Source: Nostoc sp. UHCC 0702
GTDB lineage: Bacteria; Cyanobacteriota; Cyanobacteriia; Cyanobacteriales; Nostocaceae
Length of the DNA: 32,000 nt
Assembly: GCA_017164015.1 (NCBI GenBank)
Contig: CP071065.1
Coordinates: 5,562,091-5,594,090, forward strand
Direction of reading: 5' to 3'
In this document: positions 16,399-23,651 of the stretch, piece by piece
Layout: every line of letters starts with the position of its first letter
How positions within the stretch are numbered: the stretch's first letter is position 1
Translations under genes and position numbers: made by a program
The notes under the pieces: generated by a model
The model's input: the letters and a program-made list of their open reading frames with translations, nothing else
Database searches by the model: none
Told to the model about the DNA's origin: nothing

Positions 16399-18192
16399 TT
16401 AGTGATCTACTTCACTGGGGTGAGGCTCAAAAAATGGAATACCAAATCCTTGAGTTGCTAACTTTTTGGCGATCGCTTGCAAGTTGATCATCTCCTGACG
16501 GGCAGAGACAATATTGTTGGCATCTTCCATATCTCCTTTTTCATAAGCTGCTTGCAAGTAACCGAGAAGTCTGTGGTAGCCATCCAAGGCTTCCTTGGCA
16601 TCTGGATGATCACTAGGTGCTGGCGTAATATTTCTCAGGTATGCTGGTCTAGCCCCATTAGCTGGCGACCCATCTTGATAAACACGTAACACCGTTTCGA
16701 TTTCGCGGAACTTGCTAAAATGCTCCATACCATCGGCAATGATTCGCCCAGCTAGTTGATAGAGAGTGTCTGGATATTGGGGTTGACGAAGTGTCGCCAG
16801 TACCCGTGAATACTGACCATCTATACCACCACTGGGGGCTTCCACGGCGATAAAGTCAGCCAAGGCTTTTCTATTGAGAGGACGCAGTTGTCGGGGACGA
16901 GTATGACCGTTAGCTACAGGGATGCGACTGGCAACTTCTAAAGCCGGGCCATAAGCTTTTTTCGTCAGTCCTGCGTGGTCAAGTTCCCAAAGCAATTGAT
17001 TCACCCAACGCAGGTGACGCATTTCACTCACAGCGACCAACAGCAACTCATGACTGACGAAAATTAGGTCATTGCGGAGTGTTGGCCAGATGTTCACATC
17101 TGCCTCTTCAGGAGCAACTAAGGAGTAAAGGGCGTAAAGGTATTCTAAACAAAGAACATGTTCTAAACCAGCCAAATCGTACAACTTAGTTGCTAATACC
17201 TCTGGATTTTTGTATGGATTAGCATCATCAGGTGCTGGTGGTCGATATATCTGGGAGATTTCTTTGCCCCCAAGCACAACAGCCAACTCTTGCCAGCGTT
17301 GGCTGATTTCGTAGTGATCCATTTGGAAGGGGCGGTTTTGTTGGGGAGTCCCCAAAGCACCAGCACGACCGCCTAGGGAACGATCCGATCGCAGCCAATC
17401 AATGGGTGTATTCGCCCGGTCGGGGTCGGCTGAGGCACCAGAGGGCAGTGTCGCCTCACCGAGAGTATCTTCGCCTAAAACTATATCTGGGTGATTGGAA
17501 GCCCAGTAGAAACAGGCACAGTCACGGAAATCATGCTGCCAAGGAGAACAAAGACTCTGGGTTAACTCTCCGGGCTGATAGACTTGTCCGATAACGCCGC
17601 TTTGAGAATCAACAAAAACCCGACGCCAGCCGTTCAGTTCAAGTTCAGCGGTGGATGGAGGATTGTCTTCACCGCCTGCTTGGCGTTGCCAGAGTTTGAT
17701 TTTCACTAAACCAGGCTCTAAAGAACGCACCAAACGCCAGACTATTAGACCATCCAAAGGAACTTTTTTCCCTTCTGCATCTAGTTGAAATAGGGGTATG
17801 TTCTTGCCCCCTTGTTCCACAGCATCGAGATACCATGTACCTGTAGATAGGCTATTACCTGAGTCTCCTTGAAGTGCTGCCCGTAGTTGTGTCGCCGCCG
17901 TAATTAATTCTGGATTGCCTGCATGGAAAGCCGGGTTTAATTCAGGATCGCTCGATTCTATATTTAGTAGTAATGCACCACCACGTAAAGCATCGGGGTT
18001 AGAACTATCGCTTTCAGAAACAAACTCGAAAACTAAACCAGGAAAAAAGCGACGGTCAAGGTTGCGCTGGTCAAATTCTAACCCAGGATAGCAGTTGCCA
18101 ACGCCGCTTTCTAAGCGTGTGGTGGCTGGATTGCCCACCACTTGTCGGTCAGACTTAGCTGTGAGGTTACGGGGAAAAATTTTCTCGCTCAT
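16399..18192 (-). CDS. Fusion protein: LodA/GoxA C-terminal-like domain (N-terminal half) + ferritin-like domain (C-terminal half)
   Basis: 597-aa ORF whose ATG is 5 nt after the radical SAM stop. Residues 207-235, PGELTQSLCSPWQHDFRDCACFYWASNHP, match the recalled LodA C-terminal signature (PGDLT..M.CPWQADF..C ... YWWPPQSP). Residues about 332-597 contain LEHVLCLEYLYALYSL and VAVSEMRHLRWVNQLL, as in the Pfam Ferritin-like family PF12902. Confidence 0.8.
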   Translation of the reverse strand: MSEKIFPRNLTAKSDRQVVGNPATTRLESGVGNCYPGLEFDQRNLDRRFFPGLVFEFVSESDSSNPDALRGGALLLNIESSDPELNPAFHAGNPELITAATQLRAALQGDSGNSLSTGTWYLDAVEQGGKNIPLFQLDAEGKKVPLDGLIVWRLVRSLEPGLVKIKLWQRQAGGEDNPPSTAELELNGWRRVFVDSQSGVIGQVYQPGELTQSLCSPWQHDFRDCACFYWASNHPDIVLGEDTLGEATLPSGASADPDRANTPIDWLRSDRSLGGRAGALGTPQQNRPFQMDHYEISQRWQELAVVLGGKEISQIYRPPAPDDANPYKNPEVLATKLYDLAGLEHVLCLEYLYALYSLVAPEEADVNIWPTLRNDLIFVSHELLLVAVSEMRHLRWVNQLLWELDHAGLTKKAYGPALEVASRIPVANGHTRPRQLRPLNRKALADFIAVEAPSGGIDGQYSRVLATLRQPQYPDTLYQLAGRIIADGMEHFSKFREIETVLRVYQDGSPANGARPAYLRNITPAPSDHPDAKEALDGYHRLLGYLQAAYEKGDMEDANNIVSARQEMINLQAIAKKLATQGFGIPFFEPHPSEVDH

Positions 18193-18197
18193 AATAA

Positions 18198-19520
18198 TTA
18201 TGTGTGTGGGCGATCAAAAATATCAGGACGTTCAGACAAAGCGCGATCGTAATAACGCAGGCAGTAATCCAGCCAGCCACGGATGTAATCGCAACCATCA
18301 CGCCCGGAGGCGATAACTTCAGCATGACAACCGCCACCGCATAAATAACGTGCCCAACAAGAACGGCAAGGTTCTTGGCGGTCAACTAAACGAGCTTGCA
18401 AAAACTCTTCACGCGCTGTTTGAGAAGGGCCATCAGCAAATGTTCCCAAGGCAAAACTATCTTGGTCGATAGTGCGGTGACAGGTAAAGTAATTACCTTC
18501 GGCACTCACAGATACATAACTAGCTGCGGCACCGCATGGTAAAGGGCGACAGGAACCACGGTGAATTTCCCGCAAAGCGATCGCTAAATTAGAAAAGCGC
18601 AAGTCTTCACCTGTCAGCAGGCATTGCCATTCAGCTTCAGCCACCCGGATCATTTCTTGCAGGAAAATTGCCCAGTCTTCTGAGGTCAAAGCTAGTTTCG
18701 GGTCAGGGGATGTTCGCAGAGGACTCACGCCAATTTCTTTAAACCCGATGGCACTCAGGGCTGCAACTCGTTCCAAAACTCGCAGGTCGGTGCGAGTCAC
18801 TGTACAACGTGCTGCAATCCTCGCTTGTCCCGGATCTGCCAGTAAGGGGCGCAGATGCTCCACAACTGTAGCAAAGCTGCCTGTACCACGGTTATTAGTT
18901 CTGTGTAAATCATGCACAGTCGCGCCACCATCAATGCTCACAGACACAGCAAAAGCATTGTCCCGCAACAGTTGTATATCAGACTCAGTAATTAAAGTCC
19001 CATTGGTGGTGATAGAAAAACCTACCGAGATGCCACGACGAGCCGCCAGTTCATTGGCATATTCCACACTCCGGTAGAGTGTGGCTCGATTCAGAAATGG
19101 CTCACCCCCAATAAAACCGATGGTGACTCGTCGTTTCTGTGCCTGTTCAATCAGTCGCTTGATGGTCGTCAAAGCGACTTCTACAGACATTAAACGTTGC
19201 CGTCCTCCAAATCGGCCTTCATCAGCATAACAATAGCTACATGTCAAGTTGCAGGATTGGGCTAAATTCAGAGAGATGGCAGATGGTTCTTGGTCGGCGT
19301 GCCAAGCACTAACGGCTGGTTCAGCAGAAGATACACTAGCACGTAATTCGGCGATCGCTTCTGGCTGGTTATCTGCTAATGCTGCAAAGAAATCTGGGCT
19401 AACTGCAAACAGTTGGGAGTTGCCCATCAAAAATACCAATGGTGTTTCACCTGGTAGCAAGTGAAACCAAGGCTGGGGAATCTCAACAACCGCCACAGAG
19501 TTGGCAAAACTAGATTGCAT
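18198..19520 (-). CDS. Radical SAM / SPASM-domain maturase (anSME / QhpD-like)
   Basis: 440-aa ORF whose ATG is 3 nt after the upstream TAG, with AGGAG 8 nt upstream. Radical SAM motif CNLTCSYC at 19230-19253. GGEPF motif present. SPASM motifs: CGAAASYVSVSAEGNYFTC and CRSCWARYLCGGGC (CX2CX5CX3C, 18327-18368), plus downstream Cys residues. Confidence 0.9.
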   Translation of the reverse strand: MQSSFANSVAVVEIPQPWFHLLPGETPLVFLMGNSQLFAVSPDFFAALADNQPEAIAELRASVSSAEPAVSAWHADQEPSAISLNLAQSCNLTCSYCYADEGRFGGRQRLMSVEVALTTIKRLIEQAQKRRVTIGFIGGEPFLNRATLYRSVEYANELAARRGISVGFSITTNGTLITESDIQLLRDNAFAVSVSIDGGATVHDLHRTNNRGTGSFATVVEHLRPLLADPGQARIAARCTVTRTDLRVLERVAALSAIGFKEIGVSPLRTSPDPKLALTSEDWAIFLQEMIRVAEAEWQCLLTGEDLRFSNLAIALREIHRGSCRPLPCGAAASYVSVSAEGNYFTCHRTIDQDSFALGTFADGPSQTAREEFLQARLVDRQEPCRSCWARYLCGGGCHAEVIASGRDGCDYIRGWLDYCLRYYDRALSERPDIFDRPHT

Positions 19521-19523
19521 ATA

Positions 19524-21197
19524 CTACTCCTGTGACTCCAAACGACGCGCCACTACTCTGGCTACATGCTGGCGAACTGGTGTGGCCACTGTAGGCGGTG
19601 GGGCAACTTGACCGGGAATCAAAGTTAATTCTGCTGGGGCTTGGGCACGCAGCTTGTCCACAAACCCTAGAATCTGATTATACTGCCGCCTTGTCAGAGA
19701 TAACGCTGTGGCATCCGAGTCACGCATGTAAGGAGGCATCCGCATATCATGGACGCGATCGCGTTGGATACGGGCATCTCGATGACGAGCATCAGATGTT
19801 TCCGGCGGCTGTTCACTGAGTTCTGCCACCACACCGTAGGGAGGACGTAACAAATACTCGACTCGCACGCCGAAGGTACGTAGAAAATCTGTGAGGTTTT
19901 CCACATCTGTGAGTGAAGCATGAACGCTGGCGGCGACGGCGGAGTAAGGTAAGCGATCGCGGGCTACAGATTGACTAATCAAATCTGGTACCTTATCTGC
20001 ATAAGGCTTGTCTTCGGATGTCATACTACCAAAATCAGTGCGGGGTGGCGCTTCTGCAACAGGTTCGGGTATGCCACCACGGGCATTCTCATTCAATGCT
20101 CGCGATCGGTTAGCATCCAAATTGAGTAAACTTAATGTCTCGAACACGCGTTGGAAGAGATCGGCAATTTCTGAGGTGGTCAGCTGTTCATCATCCAACG
20201 CCGGAACGGGTAAGTCACGGTCTGAGAGTTCGTCAGCCAAGGACAAGAAAGGACGGCGGTCGGGAGAAAAGTCTGGCGGCCCGGAGAAAAATCGAGCTAT
20301 TGCCCTAAATCGTTCTCCACCAACTACTACAAAAGCTGTAATGATGCCATCACAAGTATCATCCACAACACCCCAAGAGCGATCGCTTGCTACTGGAATC
20401 TCTGCACTCGCTCCATCGTAGGTATCATAAGGATCAGGATTGTTAAAACGTCTGAAATCGGCATCGTAATTTGACCATGCTGAATTAGGATTTAGGATGC
20501 GATTTTGTTCTAGAACGATTTCATGTATGCGTCTAGTGCCTGGTGCGGGTGCAGCAGTAGCCGTTGGTGGCCCATACACATGTCCGTAAGCAGGTGTATA
20601 CCGCAGACGGAGCGTACCCAAGTTTACCCCCATTTCCTCAGCATCCACTGGGCGAATCACTTGAATGTCCCCTAGAGGTATGGGTTTATCGGGGAAAACT
20701 AGAGGTTCCGAATTCACGCCGCGTGGACTTGTCGCCAGCAGTGGGTAGCGTTGATAATCGTTAGCACGAACTTCTATCCTGGCACTAAAACCACAGGTCG
20801 GGTCGCCAGTGCGTCGTGCTGCTTTTAAATTCGCTGCTTCCACCACATAGGAAACAGCATCAAGGGGTGCTTTTAATTCTTGCAGAAGTTTACTTGTTAA
20901 GGGAACTTCTTCTATTGAGCTATCGGCATGTTGTACTCGCGCCCACAACTCAAAAAATGGCGCCACTGGTCGAAAAAGGTTTTGATCTTTAAAGTGAATA
21001 ATACTAGGTAGATAAGGGCGTATTGAACCATCGGGTTGGATTTCAAAGCTAGTTGCTGGCTCAATAATTGTCTTAGCTGCACCATGTAGGGTTGGGTCTT
21101 CCTGCCAGGTGAAACTCTCTAGGGGGATACTGCTGCCACCTAGGCGGGCAATAGCCATCGGTGGATAGAAAAAGATTTCAAGCAATCGAGGCTGCAC
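19524..21197 (-). CDS. LodA/GoxA N-terminal-like protein (first part of a split LodA-like protein)
   Basis: 557-aa ORF with a GTG start preceded by GGAGG (21203-21207, 5-nt spacing). YPPMAIARLGGS (21132-21164) resembles LodA HPSIGVARLGN. VVDDTCDGIITAFVVVGG...FFSGPPDFSPD (20259-20363) resembles LodA DDISDG...VVGSPDFAPE. MPPYMRDSDATALSLTRRQY resembles LodA LPLMP...L..TQ. The LodA sequence is recalled from memory. Confidence 0.8.
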   Translation of the reverse strand: MQPRLLEIFFYPPMAIARLGGSSIPLESFTWQEDPTLHGAAKTIIEPATSFEIQPDGSIRPYLPSIIHFKDQNLFRPVAPFFELWARVQHADSSIEEVPLTSKLLQELKAPLDAVSYVVEAANLKAARRTGDPTCGFSARIEVRANDYQRYPLLATSPRGVNSEPLVFPDKPIPLGDIQVIRPVDAEEMGVNLGTLRLRYTPAYGHVYGPPTATAAPAPGTRRIHEIVLEQNRILNPNSAWSNYDADFRRFNNPDPYDTYDGASAEIPVASDRSWGVVDDTCDGIITAFVVVGGERFRAIARFFSGPPDFSPDRRPFLSLADELSDRDLPVPALDDEQLTTSEIADLFQRVFETLSLLNLDANRSRALNENARGGIPEPVAEAPPRTDFGSMTSEDKPYADKVPDLISQSVARDRLPYSAVAASVHASLTDVENLTDFLRTFGVRVEYLLRPPYGVVAELSEQPPETSDARHRDARIQRDRVHDMRMPPYMRDSDATALSLTRRQYNQILGFVDKLRAQAPAELTLIPGQVAPPPTVATPVRQHVARVVARRLESQE

Positions 21198-21305
21198 ACA
21201 AACCTCCGATAATAAATACTTGGATACAACCGAGGCTAGCGTACATTTTCTATATTTAATTCAATACTTCATATAAATTGTGTTAAGTATTTTTCCAGTG
21301 TTAAG
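21198..21305. promoter_or_regulatory. Divergent promoter region between the LodA-like operon and the flavoprotein gene
   Basis: 108-nt AT-rich spacer between two divergently oriented start codons. Individual -10/-35 elements were not resolved. Confidence 0.4.
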
Positions 21306-22625
21306 TTGCAACTTGTGAATAGTAGTAATTGGCAAAATAATGTAGCGATCGCTGGGGTAGGATTGGCAGCTGCGGCCGTGGCCATGCGGTTGCTTAGTTG
21401 CGGCTTTCGTCCAGTGCTGCTGAGTCGTGGACTGCCCCACATCAAAGGCGTTGAGGCAATTCCTGAGTCAGCCTTGCGGCTATTTGATGCCCTTGATTTG
21501 ACGCCAGCTTTGCAAATGGCAGGCGGTTTCTGGGTGGAGGGATTTGAAAACGCTTGGCAAGGTAACGAATCTGTAATTAGACCAGGAAGGTATATACATG
21601 TTGAGCGATCGCTCTTAGCCCAAGCTGCGATCGCTATGGTGATGCAGCAAGGTGCAGCTATGGTATCTAGTAATACCATTGCCCCACTGGTTGTAGAAAA
21701 AGCATCAGTGCGTGTGATCATAGATGGTGTAGAACAACGATTTGCCGCAGCGATTGATGCCACTGGACGTTCAGCCCTCTGGTCACGACCTATCGAACGG
21801 CATACTAGGGAGATGGCGCAGATATTTAGTACTTTTGGTGATGAAAGTTTACTCCGTGGACGCATAGCTCAATTTTCGGGCGGTTGGGCTTATCATCTTG
21901 GTTTGCCGGATACCATGACAGTTGGTGTTGTCAGTCCGCACCATACTAGTTATGAGCAAGTTCAAGAGCTAATTAGAGAAAATTTGTGTCTTCCTGCTAA
22001 GCAATTACACGTAGTAGGGCGACGACCAGTTTCTCCACAGTGGGCAGAAGCACCTATTCAAGACCGCAGGCTGGCTGTGGGAGATGCAGCACTAGCATAC
22101 AGCCCGATCGCTGGACAGGGAATCCGTTTTGCTCTATCGAGTGCTTTAGCTGCTGCTGCTGTGGTTCGCACCTGGCGAGATTCACCAGCAGATGCAGATT
22201 ACGCGACGCAGTATTACCACGAACTGGTAAACGCAGAAAAGTTGCGACATCTATCTAATATCAATTCGTTATCTAGCAATCAGGCCCTACCTACCAACCC
22301 AGCACAACCATCTTTTAATAATGCTGCCCTGCCATCTAGAGTTTATTACACTGGACAAACCAAGATGACAGGACTTTACATCAACGGATTGATCAAATGC
22401 ACAGAAGCGATCGCTTTACCTGATGGTAACATAGTGCGCTGGCTGGGTAACTTTGACCTATTGACCATGCGAGACTATTGCACCAACCCACTTGCGACTA
22501 CCAGTTTAATCGAGCAATTGCATCGGCAGCAATTAGCTGAAGCACAAGCCCTATACTTAATTCGCTGGTGTTTAGAACACAACATTATCTCAACCGCAGA
22601 TATAAAAGGGAATTGGGACAACTAA
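21306..22625 (+). CDS. FAD-dependent monooxygenase, LodB/GoxB/QhpG-like, with an extra C-terminal domain
   Basis: 439-aa ORF with a TTG start in the track (alternative GTG at 21315). Dinucleotide-binding VAIAGVGLAAAA (GxGxxA). DATGRSA motif. GD motif LAVGDAALAYSPIAGQGIRFAL. A low-complexity linker (SSNQALPTNPAQPSFNNAALPS) is followed by a domain of about 95 aa. Confidence 0.8.
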   Translation: MQLVNSSNWQNNVAIAGVGLAAAAVAMRLLSCGFRPVLLSRGLPHIKGVEAIPESALRLFDALDLTPALQMAGGFWVEGFENAWQGNESVIRPGRYIHVERSLLAQAAIAMVMQQGAAMVSSNTIAPLVVEKASVRVIIDGVEQRFAAAIDATGRSALWSRPIERHTREMAQIFSTFGDESLLRGRIAQFSGGWAYHLGLPDTMTVGVVSPHHTSYEQVQELIRENLCLPAKQLHVVGRRPVSPQWAEAPIQDRRLAVGDAALAYSPIAGQGIRFALSSALAAAAVVRTWRDSPADADYATQYYHELVNAEKLRHLSNINSLSSNQALPTNPAQPSFNNAALPSRVYYTGQTKMTGLYINGLIKCTEAIALPDGNIVRWLGNFDLLTMRDYCTNPLATTSLIEQLHRQQLAEAQALYLIRWCLEHNIISTADIKGNWDN

Positions 22626-22741
22626 CAACTGACAACTGACAACTAACAACTGACAACTGACAACTAACAACTGACAACTGACAACTGACAACTAACAACT
22701 GACAACTGACAACTGACAACTGACAACTGACAACTGACAAC
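22617..22741. repeat. Heptanucleotide tandem array ((G/A)ACAACT, about 17.5 copies, STRR-like)
   Basis: Units gacaact/aacaact run without interruption from the last codons of CDS 21306..22625 to the nucleotide before the stop of the convergent CDS 22742..23542. Confidence 0.95.
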
Positions 22742-23542
22742 CTACAATTCCATCACACTATCCAGACCCCGTTTCAATCCTACAAAAGAACTCACTTGGC
22801 GAATAGCTAATAAAGTTCCTTTTACATAAGGTTCTGCACTACTTCCCGCTTCATGTCGAATTATCAGCTTTTCCTCCCCTAGACCAAAAATTGCTTCCAC
22901 CGCTAAAGTATAACCAGGTAAACGCAACGAATGGACTTGCGTCCCATTGAGTGTTGCACCTCTACTTTCTTTTGCACCTTGAGTGTTTTCTATGGGATTG
23001 TATGGGATTGGCTGTTTAACTCGCCCTAATCGAGAAGCAAGTTCCCTGGCTGTCCCACTGGGAGCATCCACTTTCTTTTCAGAAGCGTAATCTACAATTT
23101 CCCAAATGCTCGTGTACTTGGCTGCTAATTCGGCAAAACGTTGCAGAAGCACTGCTGTAATTGCAAAGTTGCCAGCTGCTAAAACACCTACTTGGCGCTT
23201 AATTGCCTGTTCATTGATTTCTACAAAGTCTTCATCTGTAAGTCCAGAAGTACCAATGACTACATGGATACCGTTTTCGATAGCTTCTAGGACGTTGCTT
23301 TTAACTACATTTGGTTTAGTGTAGTCAACTAAAACATCACACTTTTTAATTAAAGCTTCTTTGACAGAAGCACTGATGATCACATCTGATGATGTCTCCA
23401 CAATTACATCGCCCAATCTACTGCCAGCATGAGTTCTGGAGATTGCTCCCACAAGATTCAAGTCTTGTTCAGTGTCAATCGCTTTGACTAAGGAACGCCC
23501 TACCCATCCTGTCGCACCAGCTAAACAAACATCTATTGCCAT
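22742..23542 (-). CDS. dapB: 4-hydroxy-tetrahydrodipicolinate reductase (DapB) family protein
   Basis: 266-aa ORF. N-terminal GATGWVGR nucleotide-binding motif. EKKVDAPSGTA and IIRHEAGS match the recalled DapB signatures (H..K.DAPSGTA; ..TH.A). It may be a paralogue rather than the housekeeping copy. Confidence 0.7.
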   Translation of the reverse strand: MAIDVCLAGATGWVGRSLVKAIDTEQDLNLVGAISRTHAGSRLGDVIVETSSDVIISASVKEALIKKCDVLVDYTKPNVVKSNVLEAIENGIHVVIGTSGLTDEDFVEINEQAIKRQVGVLAAGNFAITAVLLQRFAELAAKYTSIWEIVDYASEKKVDAPSGTARELASRLGRVKQPIPYNPIENTQGAKESRGATLNGTQVHSLRLPGYTLAVEAIFGLGEEKLIIRHEAGSSAEPYVKGTLLAIRQVSSFVGLKRGLDSVMEL

Positions 23543-23651
23543 TGTTTTTTAGCACCGCGAAAATTTCTTTAGCTTACTGTAACTCATAATATGCTTGAGT
23601 AAATTGCTTTTCTAAAACAATTAGAGCCTTTTGTGATGAATTATAATATTT

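Noticed and set aside
18167-18385. 72-aa minus-strand ORF overlapping the 3' end of the radical SAM gene and the start of the 597-aa gene
   Set aside because: It is out of frame with two well-supported CDSs and has no independent support.
20008-20421. 137-aa plus-strand ORF inside the 557-aa gene. Similar antisense ORFs: 18748-19077, 19249-19464, 19598-19819 and 20564-20764.
   Set aside because: They lie entirely antisense to long, motif-bearing CDSs in a GC-rich region, where stop-free shadow frames are expected. Their composition is Ser/Arg/Ala-rich and no motifs are present.
21269-21865. 198-aa minus-strand ORF overlapping the 5' half of the flavoprotein gene
   Set aside because: The plus-strand frame carries clear FAD-binding motifs. 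The minus-strand product is low-complexity (Ser/Ala/Cys-rich) with no start context. It is a shadow ORF.
22617-22741. Possible CRISPR array. The same question applies to the arrays at 15072-15134 and 26520-26612.
   Set aside because: The repeat unit is only 7 nt, the copies are contiguous with no spacers, and no cas genes are present. These are STRR-type heptamer tandem repeats, not CRISPR.
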